From IMG/VR virus record IMGVR_UViG_3300042922_000250, positions 9,829-73,828 of that record: a DNA stretch of 64,000 nt; one strand, written 5' to 3'. The notes under the pieces were generated by a model that saw only the letters and a list, made by a program, of their open reading frames with translations, did not search any database and was not told the DNA's origin. Made by a program: the position numbers and the translations under genes. Source of the DNA: a virus. This document shows, piece after piece, positions 1 through 9,595 of the stretch; position 1 is the stretch's first letter, and every line of letters begins with the position of its first letter.

Positions 1-396
1 TTTATCGACATACAGCCTAGTGGCGATTGATCCGTCTTGTTTTTCGTATTCTTCCTCGCCGATCACTAAACCGATAAGCTTGCCATATAGAGATTGCTCA
101 TTGCTATTGAATGTGTAGCCATTATTTGATTTTTCAACTGCTGTAATAAAGGCTTTGAAAAACGGCAACGCTTTTTTTTTGTACGATTTGATGAAGTTAG
201 CCCCCCAAAACCCTTTACTGTCGCTGAGTTGTTGGTAATAGCCTTCAAATTCTCCAGCGGCAATGTCATATTCAACTTTCAAATATTCTTTATCGGGGAC
301 ATCCGTAACCGATACAATTCGGCAAATATAACTGCCGGGAGTAACCTTTTTGAATTCTTGAACGTCAGATACTTGCGATAAGTCGATATTTTTCAT
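1..396 (-). CDS. Phage ssDNA-binding protein (DUF669-like), 3' end runs off the window
   Basis: Not in the ORF track. ATG at 396 with RBS, reads MKNIDLSQVSDVQEFKKVTPGSYICRIVSV...GKLIGLVIGEEEY and is open to base 1. Follows the Sak4-like ATPase. Confidence 0.65.
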   Translation of the reverse strand, partial: MKNIDLSQVSDVQEFKKVTPGSYICRIVSVTDVPDKEYLKVEYDIAAGEFEGYYQQLSDSKGFWGANFIKSYKKKALPFFKAFITAVEKSNNGYTFNSNEQSLYGKLIGLVIGEEEYEKQDGSIATRLYVDK

Positions 397-400
397 ATAA

Positions 401-526
401 TCATTCTCCCTTTGTTTTATGTGGCGGTATTGTATTGCAATTAAATACTCTTTTGCATTTTGGGCAAACATTCTTCCCGATAGTTGTAGGCTTAAAGTTA
501 GTCCCGCACGAACAATTGATATTCAT
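401..526 (-). CDS. Small zinc-ribbon protein (41 aa)
   Basis: Manual translation MNINCSCGTNFKPTTIGKNVCPKCKRVF; start overlaps the ATPase stop. Confidence 0.5.
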   Translation of the reverse strand: MNINCSCGTNFKPTTIGKNVCPKCKRVFNCNTIPPHKTKGE

Positions 527-1170
527 ATTTCGTAAACCTCCAATTTTTTAATAACTTTGTTCAAATCGTTTTCAATCTCAAAATCTTCAAAACATCCCAT
601 AGGACTTTTAGCTGTTGAATTTTTTGATTGAGTTTCAAATATGTGATTTCCATTTACGCATTTTGCAATTAATACAGTGGTAAACTTGCTTTCCAATACA
701 ATCTTGTCCAGTTTCTTACCGCTAGTCTTAATCCTGGTAAACATAAATCCGCTATCGTCGCGCTCTGTTTGTGTGTGGGCCATAAAAACAATAGTCAGAT
801 CATCGCGATAAAGATGAGAACTGCTCACCAACCCCCACACAGATGTTGCTAAGTCAAGCCATTTGTCAAATCCCTTTTCCTTGCTGCGCTTGAACTCATC
901 GTCAATCATCATTGTGTTAATTGTGTCGATTATGATTGTTTTGATGTGCAGCACTTTATCAGCAATCCCTGCGATAATTGAACTAACCTTGTCAACATCA
1001 CTTGTCTGTAGATAGTTTTTATTATCTTTGTTGTACTGGCTTTTCCAACCCTTCCACGACAATCCTTTGCGGTCAGAATCAATTATGTATGTTGTTTTTG
1101 GATCTAGGTTCCGCAAGGATGTTGTCTTGCCTGCGCCAGATTCTCCAGCGATACAAATAACTCTGCTCAT
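523..1170 (-). CDS. AAA_24/Sak4-like phage recombination ATPase
   Basis: Walker A GESGAGKT and Walker B IIIDT; lies between gp157 and SSB. Confidence 0.8.
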   Translation of the reverse strand: MSRVICIAGESGAGKTTSLRNLDPKTTYIIDSDRKGLSWKGWKSQYNKDNKNYLQTSDVDKVSSIIAGIADKVLHIKTIIIDTINTMMIDDEFKRSKEKGFDKWLDLATSVWGLVSSSHLYRDDLTIVFMAHTQTERDDSGFMFTRIKTSGKKLDKIVLESKFTTVLIAKCVNGNHIFETQSKNSTAKSPMGCFEDFEIENDLNKVIKKLEVYEI

Positions 1171-1667
1171 CTAATATCAATCCTCTTCCCAGCGGTAAGG
1201 CGGCAACCTTTAACCTTCTTGCCAGCCTTCAACGCTTCTTTAATTTCTGCATTATTCGGTGTAAACGATTTCGGAATAACAGTCAGATATTTAGCCGGAA
1301 TCAATTTTTCATCATCAATAACGAGAGCGGGAGGATTTGCTTTAATTGTCACAGCAAATATTGGTGTTTTGATCTTTTCCAGCTTCATAACTTCCATCTG
1401 TTGCTGTAGATATGCCTTAATTCGCTCTATATTGCCATCAGTTGACTTTTTTCTTGCCTGTAGTCTCTTTATCTCTGTTTCAAGATATTTTGATTCAGTG
1501 GTCAAATTTGAATGAATTACAGATATGCTATGCGCCTTTTCTTCTATGGCGCATTCGATCGATTCTAAAGTGTCAAGCAACGCCTGATTATCTAGTTCTG
1601 GATTGTCAAGCATATCTTGCACTTTCAGGTAGCTTTGCGACAGTTCATAAAGCTTGATTTTCTTCAC
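1167..1667 (-). CDS. Siphovirus Gp157 family (Mu Gam-like) protein
   Basis: KLYEL N-terminus, coiled coil EIKRLQARKK, NPPAL..DEKLIP..Y, IKEALKAG.KV.G. Confidence 0.85.
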   Translation of the reverse strand: MKKIKLYELSQSYLKVQDMLDNPELDNQALLDTLESIECAIEEKAHSISVIHSNLTTESKYLETEIKRLQARKKSTDGNIERIKAYLQQQMEVMKLEKIKTPIFAVTIKANPPALVIDDEKLIPAKYLTVIPKSFTPNNAEIKEALKAGKKVKGCRLTAGKRIDIR

Positions 1668-1896
1668 CTTCTTTGTTTTTGATCAGAGTAAAATATGTGT
1701 TCCCGTTGTATTGCTTATTGTGTTGCGTCCATTCCGGATCGCTTTTATCTATGTTTTCCTCTCCCGGAAGTTCAACAAAAAGACTTGGCGTCACTTGAAT
1801 TCCTTGGCAATAAACTCCTAATACCCCAAACCGCCAAGCCTCTTTAATCTGTTTCGCATATTCCTCTGCCGCTGCCGCTTTATCCATTCTCATCAT
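1645..1896 (-). CDS. Hypothetical early phage protein
   Basis: Coupled ORF in the early operon. Confidence 0.5.
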   Translation of the reverse strand: MMRMDKAAAAEEYAKQIKEAWRFGVLGVYCQGIQVTPSLFVELPGEENIDKSDPEWTQHNKQYNGNTYFTLIKNKEGEENQAL

Positions 1897-2101
1897 CTAC
1901 TTTCATAAATTTTAATCTGTCAGGCGGTATGTCGTGCCTTGCTGCTATGATCGCTCTGCCTCTGGATTCCTCCTCGCCAGGAAAACAAATAACATCCGTA
2001 GTTAATGTCAATCCGTTGTACTTAAACCAAATCCTGTGCCGTTTAACGCCTGTAGTGTGATTAAGGATGCTTTGCATTACCGGGTTGAGGTGATCATTCA
2101 T
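1880..2101 (-). CDS. Hypothetical early phage protein
   Basis: Coupled ORF with GGAGG-rich upstream sequence. Confidence 0.5.
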   Translation of the reverse strand: MNDHLNPVMQSILNHTTGVKRHRIWFKYNGLTLTTDVICFPGEEESRGRAIIAARHDIPPDRLKFMKVDDENG

Positions 2102-2196
2102 TCCTCTTCTTCCTCCTCCTCCGGCTCGTCAGGTGCGCCCCTATACGTCCGTTGATAGTAATAAGGCTGTTGCGTTATGTCTAAATCAGGCATTGC

Positions 2197-2409
2197 TTAC
2201 ACCAACCGCCTTCGCAATCTTTCAACCTCGTTATCCGCTCTAACCGCTCTTCCAATCGCCCAATACCTTTCATCATCGCTTGTTGCAGTAACAATTAGCA
2301 ATCTCGCTAGGCTGTACACATTCTGCTGATGCCATAATTCGCGGGTTGTTGCAGGCCTGTTAATTGGCTTCATGGCTGATCGTCCAATTCTGGATGATAA
2401 TGCCGCCAT
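2197..2409 (-). CDS. Hypothetical early phage protein
   Basis: ORF in early-operon orientation; start probably at MKPINR. Confidence 0.4.
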   Translation of the reverse strand: MAALSSRIGRSAMKPINRPATTRELWHQQNVYSLARLLIVTATSDDERYWAIGRAVRADNEVERLRRRLV

Positions 2410-2598
2410 ACAATCAGATCGTCAGTATCGAAGTAATCTCTTTGCCTGTCACGGTTAGGATTATCGCCATCGCAGAGCAATTGCGCTAGGTTGTCTGACA
2501 TTTTATTTACCTCCCCGCATAATCCGTATAAAATCCGGATATATTGTCATTAGGGTAACTTTGTGCTAAAATCAAGTTGATTATTTTTTGATGGTCGC

Positions 2599-2979
2599 CT
2601 ATACAAGGGCGACTTTTTTTAATCTCAGTTTTCCTTTGTTGATATTCTTGAATATCTTTGATACAACAGTTTTTTTGCTTGCCATGTTGGATGATTCTAT
2701 CAGCGTCATTAATAGACTGTGAAACTGTAAGCAATATTCTCTTGGCGGTTTATATCCTCTCTCAGAGTGTCTAATCATTCCTCTGTTCTCCGGCAACTCA
2801 ATGCCCATCGCGATAACTCTGTTTCTGACTGTATCCGGTGAGCATCCAATCAATATCGCTGTATAGTTCATTGACGTTCCACTTGCTATGTACTTTCTGA
2901 TTTGCGAATCAATGACAGCATAATCATAGAGTTGCTTGCCCATCACTTCATCGCCATCCGCGCATAATAACCGCACCAA
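2599..2979 (-). CDS. Putative HTH protein
   Basis: SMNYTAILIGCSPDTVRNR helix-turn-helix pattern; start probably MGKQ at 2943. Confidence 0.45.
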   Translation of the reverse strand: MVRLLCADGDEVMGKQLYDYAVIDSQIRKYIASGTSMNYTAILIGCSPDTVRNRVIAMGIELPENRGMIRHSERGYKPPREYCLQFHSLLMTLIESSNMASKKTVVSKIFKNINKGKLRLKKVALV

Positions 2980-3549
2980 CCACCTGCAAACATTAACGAG
3001 AGTATGAGAAGCAGACAGCCTAGAAGGTGGATGTTTCCCGCGGTTCGCTGCCCGAAGAACCGGACGTTTTTAATCTCGCGGATCGAGGATTTTGTCAATG
3101 TCTGCGGCCTCCTTTGGTTCCCAACCAGAAACTTTGTAGTTACCGTCGGCATTCAAACATTGCCGGCAGTTTATGCATGAAAATGGTTTGGAAAGATGTT
3201 TGCAACCGTGGCAATTTTTATAATTTTCATTCACTTACTTTCCCTCCTCAACTCCAACCATACCGCTACTTTTACTGCCAGGATGATACACGCCATCAAA
3301 GTTGCAACGGCCGCTATCAGTTTCACGCCTAACCCTCCAAATCTCATCTAATTTGGCATTGCGCTTGTCTCTTCTTCTTGCTTGTGCTTCTTTTGATCGT
3401 TTACCCATGTTTCACCGCCTTAATGCAAGCAACTGCTGCAAAGTGTGTGACTTTGATTCCCCATTGTTTGCAAGCCTCAATTTTGGCTAAAGTACCATTT
3501 GATGCTATAACCGTTGCTGTTTTGCCATTGCTGGCTGTTACTGTGTAGG

Positions 3550-4284
3550 TCACGATGCGCTAACACCTTTGAGAAACTTGTTAACAAAGTACACCTGTCC
3601 TTTACCTGTCAATTTTGGTGTTTTGTTGATGGTGATATGGCCATCTGAATGATTGACTGTAGTTTCCTTAATCGTGAATAATCCAATTTCCATAGCTTTC
3701 TGCGTTGGCATGTTGTAGTCAGATCCGTTGCGGTTAATCAAATAACCATTTTTACGCATCCAGTCAAACAGGCGATTCTGACCGATATCTATTCCGTTTT
3801 GTTTGAGAATTTTAGCCAGTTCACCGATAAGGATTGAAGTTTTGCTGGCTTCTACTGAATCTGCGAAGAGGACTTTTGGCTTTGTCGCTTCAAGCTGTGC
3901 TGTTGTGACTTGATGCGCCTCAATCTCTGCCGCATAGGCTCTTAGAGCGTCAGGGAGGGTTTTGGGGATAGGTGTTTGAGTAAGTTGTTTTTCCATTTCG
4001 TTGAACGCCTGGATGTATCTGATTTTCCATGTCATTGCCCTATCGCCAGTAAATCCCATTGCTAAAAGGGTGAACCCGTCGCGGTTCATGAGGTAAATTC
4101 TTTGAGACCGGCCATAGCTATCAGGCTCTGTTGTTTCTAAGAACATCAGTCCAAAATTGGACACATCTTTTTGAAGGCTATCAATATCCCTTAAAACGTG
4201 TTTGTGTTCTTTGCCGAAATTCTCAGCAATCTGTCTACTACTTGCTGTTGCTTGTCCATCTTGGATGGTGATTAAATCTTGCAT
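3550..4284 (-). CDS. Phage antirepressor, Rha N-terminal domain plus KilAC/ANT C-terminal domain
   Basis: SSRQIAENFGKEHKHVLRDI, MNRDGFTLLAMGFTG, KPKVLFADSV, IGQNRLFDWMR, TGKGQVYF. Confidence 0.9.
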   Translation of the reverse strand: MQDLITIQDGQATASSRQIAENFGKEHKHVLRDIDSLQKDVSNFGLMFLETTEPDSYGRSQRIYLMNRDGFTLLAMGFTGDRAMTWKIRYIQAFNEMEKQLTQTPIPKTLPDALRAYAAEIEAHQVTTAQLEATKPKVLFADSVEASKTSILIGELAKILKQNGIDIGQNRLFDWMRKNGYLINRNGSDYNMPTQKAMEIGLFTIKETTVNHSDGHITINKTPKLTGKGQVYFVNKFLKGVSAS

Positions 4285-4360
4285 TGCTTGTCCTCCTTTG
4301 TTGTAGGAATTTTCCCTCTTTTGTCGAAGTGCTTACTGCGCCCAGGCAGAAAGGAGATAA

Positions 4361-4549
4361 ATGGCTATACTGTCACCAACCGTAATAGAGGCTCAAACTG
4401 CTATTAAGGTTGCAAAAATCCAAGCAGCAGCAACAATTGTGTCTTCCCTGATACAAAACACGGAATTGAATGAGCATAATGTTGAAAAAACACTTAGCGT
4501 TTTCTCTGTAGTACTAAACAAGTTAGATCAAGTAATACCTAACAAGTAA
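4361..4549 (+). CDS. Small moron protein, antisense to the early operon
   Basis: AAAGGAG RBS; upstream AGGAATTT...GTCGAAGT resembles a sigmaH-type promoter. Confidence 0.55.
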   Translation: MAILSPTVIEAQTAIKVAKIQAAATIVSSLIQNTELNEHNVEKTLSVFSVVLNKLDQVIPNK

Positions 4550-4817
4550 CTATTTCTTAAGATTTTTGATAGCCTGGGCGCAATTTAATAGAGTTTCCAA
4601 ATAATCGAAGCTTCTATGTTCAAGATCAACTGCCTTGTACTCTTCGACTTCTTTGATAAATTCCTGACACAAAAAATCTACTGCGCTATCAAACTTTTTA
4701 TTTAGATTTTCCATTGTTTACACTTCCTTTTTATTCATTATTTTCTTTGGAATTTTAATCCATAATGTATTGTCGCAGCGAACACTAATCCGAAAACGAT
4801 AGAGCCTATGACTTCGT

Positions 4818-5060
4818 TCATGTATTCATCCATTCTTTTGGCTTGCGTCTTTCTAGCCATTTAATATAGTCTGTCTTGTATGCCCTTATTGGTTTACCGA
4901 TTCTAAAACTCAGTATTCCTCCAGCCTCTTCTTTCATTTTCATCATCACGTAAGCTTGCTGTGTTGTGATGTGCAAATGGCCTGATATGTGTTTTGCGGT
5001 TATAACTTCCGGCAATTCGTCTAAGGTGAAACTGTGTTCTGCCGTGCGCGGTGCTTGCAT
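4818..5060 (-). CDS. Excisionase-like HTH (HTH_17) protein
   Basis: LPEVIT.KHIS..LHI....AY, SFRIGKPIR..K..YIKWL; located after cro. Confidence 0.7.
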   Translation of the reverse strand: MQAPRTAEHSFTLDELPEVITAKHISGHLHITTQQAYVMMKMKEEAGGILSFRIGKPIRAYKTDYIKWLERRKPKEWMNT

Positions 5061-5061
5061 A

Positions 5062-5253
5062 TTACACCCCTTTTTTTATTCCTAAATATTCGGCTATTTT
5101 GTCCTTGTAATTGTCGCCGCTTTTCTCTCCTTTAAAGATGTACGAAACGTATGCAGTTGATATTTCGAATCGTTTGGCAAGTGCAGTCATTGTAATTCCT
5201 TTTTTAAGCATTGCTGATCTTGCTTTTATCCCAAAAGCCGTGTATTTTCTCAC
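5062..5253 (-). CDS. Cro-like XRE repressor
   Basis: ITMTALAKRFEISTAYVSYIFKG HTH; divergent from the CI-like gene. Confidence 0.8.
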   Translation of the reverse strand: MRKYTAFGIKARSAMLKKGITMTALAKRFEISTAYVSYIFKGEKSGDNYKDKIAEYLGIKKGV

Positions 5254-5517
5254 TTGTTCACCTCCGTATTATTAAAATTATCAAATTTAATAGTTAAAAC
5301 GTTGACAATCAGCAAAAAATATTCTAGAATAAACCCATTGATGAGAATCATTACCAATCGTTCCCCAACGATTTTTTTAAAGGACTATTCTAGGCCTCTG
5401 GTTTTTTGTTGCCGTTTTTAGTCAATCGCTTAACTGTTAATGTAAGTATACTATCACATTTGGTAGAAGTCAATATGTTTTCTATCATTTTTGATAGTTA
5501 TTTTAGGAGGTAAATCA

Positions 5518-5862
5518 ATGTCATTGTTTAAGAGAATTAAATCGCTATGCGATAATAAAGGGATTAGAATAGAAGAATTAAGCACCGGATTTGGTTGGGG
5601 TGAAAACTCTATTTATAGGTGGGACAAAAATTCACCATCTATAGACAAAGTAAAAATGGTAGCTGATTATTTTAACGTAACAATTGATTCCTTGTTAGCA
5701 GATTCTTATACTAGGACGGAAGATGAAAATGACCAAGAAGAATTAAAAAAGTTCATCGCCAGAAAGGGTAATGAACCGTACATAATATTGAGCGCAAAAG
5801 CTAAAAAACAAGGTATTTCTCCGGAAGTATTGCAAAAGCTAATTGATCTCTATACTAAATAA
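5518..5862 (+). CDS. CI-like immunity repressor (XRE HTH)
   Basis: AGGAGG RBS before ATG 5518; ENSIYRWDKNSPSIDKVKMVADYFNVTIDSLL. Confidence 0.8.
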   Translation: MSLFKRIKSLCDNKGIRIEELSTGFGWGENSIYRWDKNSPSIDKVKMVADYFNVTIDSLLADSYTRTEDENDQEELKKFIARKGNEPYIILSAKAKKQGISPEVLQKLIDLYTK

Positions 5863-5865
5863 AAT

Positions 5866-5888
5866 AAGAGCAGCGCGAGGCTGCTCTT
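5866..5888 (+). terminator. Hairpin terminator after the repressor
   Basis: AAGAGCAGC-gcgag-GCTGCTCTT. Confidence 0.6.
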
Positions 5889-6100
5889 GCGTTAATTAAA
5901 TCGTATAAAATTCTTTAAATTCTTCCAAAAATAAAGGATCAACAACATATGTACCGTCATTAAGCTCTAGCCAACAAATGCAACCATCAAGATCAACAAT
6001 AATAAATACTGGCATTGTCTCCACTCCCCGAATAAATAACATTTTTGAATAAAAATGGTATTTGCTCCAAGCAATAAGAGCGTAGAGGTGTTTAGCTTAT

Positions 6101-6301
6101 TCAATCCTCCTTAAATAATCTTTCTGGTTCTATTTCAAACACGTTTGCCAGTTTTTGAATCTCATCCCTTTTTAGGGTGTGCCGGTGTGTTTCAATGTCG
6201 CTTATTACGCTTCTTGTTTTTATGCTAGATTTTTTGCTAAGTTCTGTTTGCGTCCAACCTCGTGCCATGCGAAGCTCTTTTACTCTGTTTGTTCTTGCCA
6301 T
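6101..6301 (-). CDS. XRE HTH regulator
   Basis: RVKELRMARGWTQTELSKK...ISDIET...KLANVFEI. Confidence 0.8.
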   Translation of the reverse strand: MARTNRVKELRMARGWTQTELSKKSSIKTRSVISDIETHRHTLKRDEIQKLANVFEIEPERLFKED

Positions 6302-6506
6302 TGCGAACGCTAAACACCATCTACGACAATAATATGCTCAAAAACTAGGCATAAAATTATACTTAATACGAGACACAACGGGATAATCCTGGCAATTTTC
6401 TGCAAATTAGTTTATTTTTTTAACAAAATAGGAATTTTGTCCTATTTAAAACAAAAAACACTTACAATTAATCAGAATAAACAGATGCAAGGAAGGTGTT
6501 TTGTTT

Positions 6507-6926
6507 ATGGCATCGATTTTTAAACGTGGTGAAAATTGGGCTTTTGTTATGGACTTCGGCAAAGACAATCAAGGAAGACGAAGGCGGATAACCAAAACAG
6601 GATTTAAAACAAAAAAAGATGCAGAAATTGCTTTGCATGAAACAAAACAGATGCACTATCAGAATAGGCAGCAAGACATTCAGAAACCATCCTATGAACC
6701 ATTAATACTACTTGATGAACCTCAAATAAAACCACGGAATCTTAAAGAATATCGGAATATAGCTATAACCATAGCACGTTTCGATGAGAATAACCCTGCA
6801 GTCAAATATTTCGATAATCTCATTGCTGAACAAGGAGAATATGAAGAAGTCCCTGTCGATGAAAGGCAAGTCCTTCTTTTAATTTTAAATTTGGCAAATA
6901 AAGAGGACGTTAGGCGCGATGATTAG
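6507..6926 (+). CDS. Stand-alone integrase arm-DNA-binding-domain protein
   Basis: First ~45 aa (MASIFKRGENWAFVMDFGKD..G.RRR..KTGFKTKKDAE) match the N-terminus of the adjacent integrase; no catalytic domain. Confidence 0.7.
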   Translation: MASIFKRGENWAFVMDFGKDNQGRRRRITKTGFKTKKDAEIALHETKQMHYQNRQQDIQKPSYEPLILLDEPQIKPRNLKEYRNIAITIARFDENNPAVKYFDNLIAEQGEYEEVPVDERQVLLLILNLANKEDVRRDD

Positions 6927-6939
6927 ATAGGAGGCATAT

Positions 6940-8109
6940 ATGGCAAGCTTCTACAAACGGGGTAAAACATGGTCTTTCAGTATTGATATTGGCTTCGATA
7001 AGGATGGCAAGCGCAAAAAGAAAGGCGTTGGTGGTTTTAAGCTAAAGAAGGATGCCGAAGAAGCAGCCGCGCAATTGTTGCTAGAATTAAAAGCTGGAAC
7101 CTATGTAGACGAGGAAGATGTTTCATTTCGTAATTTCTCTAAGATGTGGTTTGACGATTATAAACTCGGCAATGTAAAAAAAAGTACTATCAGAATAAGG
7201 AATAACGAACTATCGATTCTATACAAATACTTTGACGGAATATCAATTAAAGAGATTACAAGAAAGCAATATCAGGATGCATTGATCGACTTACTAACAC
7301 AAGGATATGCAGAAAGCACAATAGAAGGCGTCCACTGTACAGGAGGGATGATATTTGCAAAAGCTGTTGAATTAAAGGCGATAAAAGAAGACCCAACTGA
7401 ATATGTCCGATCGCCTCGCAAGCAACAAACGGCTGAAGAACTCGAAAAAGAAGAAGAAGAACTGCCTAAGTTTCTAGAAAAAGAAGAACTGGCAAAGTTT
7501 TTAAAAACAGCACAACGCGCAGGACTTAAAGATGATTATGCTATTTTTCTTACCTTGTCATACACCGGAATAAGAGTTGGAGAGCTATGTTCTCTTCGCG
7601 ATGTAAGCCTAAATAATAATGATTGTATAATAAAGATAACACGAACATATTACAACCCAAATAATAGCATAATAGAATATGAATTATTAACACCAAAAAC
7701 AACAGCATCGCGAAGAACAATAAAAACTAGCAATAAGGTTTTTGTTGAGTTAATCGATTTATTGAAAAGACAAAATATAACTAAGATAAAATATAAAGAA
7801 ACATGGCACAATAAAGGGTTTATCTTTTGTGTAGATAGTCACCCTGGTTATCCGATATATCCTAAATTAGTGGCAAATCGTATGCAAAGATTATTAAAGT
7901 TATCTGAACTAAACACAAACTTGTCGCCTCATTCTTTGCGGCACACACACACATCGTTATTAGCAGAGGCTGGCGTAAGTCTAGAGGCAATAATGGAGCG
8001 ATTAGGCCACGAAGACGATGAAACAACAAGGAAAATATACCTGCATGTTACCAAGGCAGTAAAAAAAGAGGTCGCCCACAAGTTTGACGAACTAATGGAC
8101 AACCTCTAA
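6940..8109 (+). CDS. int: Tyrosine integrase
   Basis: Arm-binding N-terminus; catalytic motifs TGIRVGEL, TPKT, HSLRHTH, RLGH and TRKIYLH. Confidence 0.95.
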   Translation: MASFYKRGKTWSFSIDIGFDKDGKRKKKGVGGFKLKKDAEEAAAQLLLELKAGTYVDEEDVSFRNFSKMWFDDYKLGNVKKSTIRIRNNELSILYKYFDGISIKEITRKQYQDALIDLLTQGYAESTIEGVHCTGGMIFAKAVELKAIKEDPTEYVRSPRKQQTAEELEKEEEELPKFLEKEELAKFLKTAQRAGLKDDYAIFLTLSYTGIRVGELCSLRDVSLNNNDCIIKITRTYYNPNNSIIEYELLTPKTTASRRTIKTSNKVFVELIDLLKRQNITKIKYKETWHNKGFIFCVDSHPGYPIYPKLVANRMQRLLKLSELNTNLSPHSLRHTHTSLLAEAGVSLEAIMERLGHEDDETTRKIYLHVTKAVKKEVAHKFDELMDNL

Positions 8110-8120
8110 AAATTTAACTA

Positions 8121-8347
8121 TTGCGGTAACAAAATGGTAACATTCGACTAATTATCGATTGTCGACCGTTGAAATTACTAGGATGCACACCGAATTGCCA
8201 GCATGGCCGCCCTAACTTAACAATTTAAACAGCAACAAATATTGCAAATTACATCAACAAAAATAGAGAAAATAATTCTGCGTGTGCAAAATAAGCAAAT
8301 ATAAAAAAACAAGAAAAACAATACTGGTAACATTTCGGTAACATTTC
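8121..8347. other. attP-like site with paired integrase arm repeats on both sides of a core
   Basis: GGTAACA direct repeats at 8125, 8136, 8326 and 8337 (two pairs, each 11 bp apart), immediately 3' of int. Confidence 0.7.
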
Positions 8348-8435
8348 AAATAATAAATTAATACAATCATATTTATTAAAAGAAGGAATATAATGTTTTT
8401 TATGGTAGTTATAATTAGCATTTTATTTACAAGGA

Positions 8436-9134
8436 GTGGCTAGCGTGAAAAAACAATTAGTTATCCTGGTTATTTTATTGTTAACTATAACATCAACAGT
8501 TAATGCACAAGATACCGAATGGAAGGACAAGCAATATAATTTTAATACTGTAAAAACAATTCTATTACTAGAACCTTCTGTTGGTGAAAAAGTCGAAGAT
8601 CCATTTGCTAAACAAAAAATTACAGAATACATAGAAAAAAGATTGCCTAAAAATATAAAATTCATCAAACTAAACGATGCTATACAAGATGCTATAAACA
8701 ATAAAATACTAACGGAAGACGACACAAAAGACGGTAAAGTATTCCTTAGTCTATTTCTTCCATATGCTGCAGGACGCTATGATGCAATGCTAACTATTCG
8801 TTTGCATGCCATGTATTATTCAGATAAGTTCCAACAGGGGTTTTCATATAATTACACGACATATAATGCAACGCACGTAACCGGATCTAATGGCTATGTG
8901 GCTACCATTCAAACGCCACAACAAAACAATGTAAATGTACCGGGTGGTTATAGAAGTTTCGCAAATACAGCAATGGAATTTGTATTAACCGATATGAAAA
9001 CAAACAAAATGATATGGGGATACACGGCAAGCGAATCAGACATGGAAGCTGTTTTATTTGGAGCGACAACTGACGGACTGGCACAAAGCATAATTAAAAA
9101 GGCTTTTCGAAAAATGCCAGTTGATAAAGAATAA
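8436..9134 (+). CDS. Secreted/periplasmic moron protein
   Basis: Signal peptide ending VNA-Q; AT-rich; antisense to the late genes, next to att. Confidence 0.65.
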   Translation: MASVKKQLVILVILLLTITSTVNAQDTEWKDKQYNFNTVKTILLLEPSVGEKVEDPFAKQKITEYIEKRLPKNIKFIKLNDAIQDAINNKILTEDDTKDGKVFLSLFLPYAAGRYDAMLTIRLHAMYYSDKFQQGFSYNYTTYNATHVTGSNGYVATIQTPQQNNVNVPGGYRSFANTAMEFVLTDMKTNKMIWGYTASESDMEAVLFGATTDGLAQSIIKKAFRKMPVDKE

Positions 9135-9165
9135 AAAAACCGCCTACCAAACGGTAAGCGGTTAA
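9135..9165. terminator. Terminator between the moron and the lysis cassette
   Basis: A-run, then AACCGC-TACC...GGTA-GCGGTT hairpin. Confidence 0.5.
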
Positions 9166-9211
9166 AGAAAGGAGGCAAACTATAGACAACCGTCAAATAG
9201 TATTTGGCGGT

Positions 9212-9595
9212 TTATTTTAATGCTAGATAACCAACAGCAAGCAAAAGAAGGTTGCGTTCGAACTTCAATTTATTGCGCTCTCGTTTTACTTCTTTCTCGT
9301 ACTGTGTTAAAAATTGATTTGCCTTCACTAAAGAGTCCTGAGTTTGAACGATTGATTTCTCTGCTAGATTCAATTTCTCTGACAATAGATTGATTTGTTT
9401 CTCTGACTTCAACAACAATTCGCTGGCTCTCTCTAACTTCTTCGCTTGCTCGTTGTTGTTGATCTCCAGCTGATTGAAGATTTGTTCTAGTCGCGTCAAT
9501 TCCTGGTCTGTAATCTCGTGAGCCATACCAATACAAGGCGACCATAGCAATAATAACAGCAATAACGATATAAATAGTTTTCCTTTGATTTTCAA
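9212..9595 (-). CDS. Signal-peptide coiled-coil protein with hydrophobic C-terminus (putative o-spanin analogue)
   Basis: TTG start with AGGAGG; SPase I-like signal ...IGMA-H; heptads; ends NLLLLAVGYLALK; paralog at 35111. Confidence 0.65.
   Translation of the reverse strand: MKIKGKLFISLLLLLLLWSPCIGMAHEITDQELTRLEQIFNQLEINNNEQAKKLERASELLLKSEKQINLLSEKLNLAEKSIVQTQDSLVKANQFLTQYEKEVKRERNKLKFERNLLLLAVGYLALK

Noticed and set aside
66-275. 69-aa ORF listed in the track
   Set aside because: Out-of-frame overlap within the longer SSB-like gene at 1-396.
8181-8213. Candidate att core translates as GCTPNCQHGRP, similar to the MutL CPHGRP motif
   Set aside because: No continuing mutL-like frame on either side; probably coincidence.
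8121-8347. CRISPR-like repeats
   Set aside because: Only 7-bp repeats in two pairs, which fits integrase arm sites; no CRISPR array was seen in the window.
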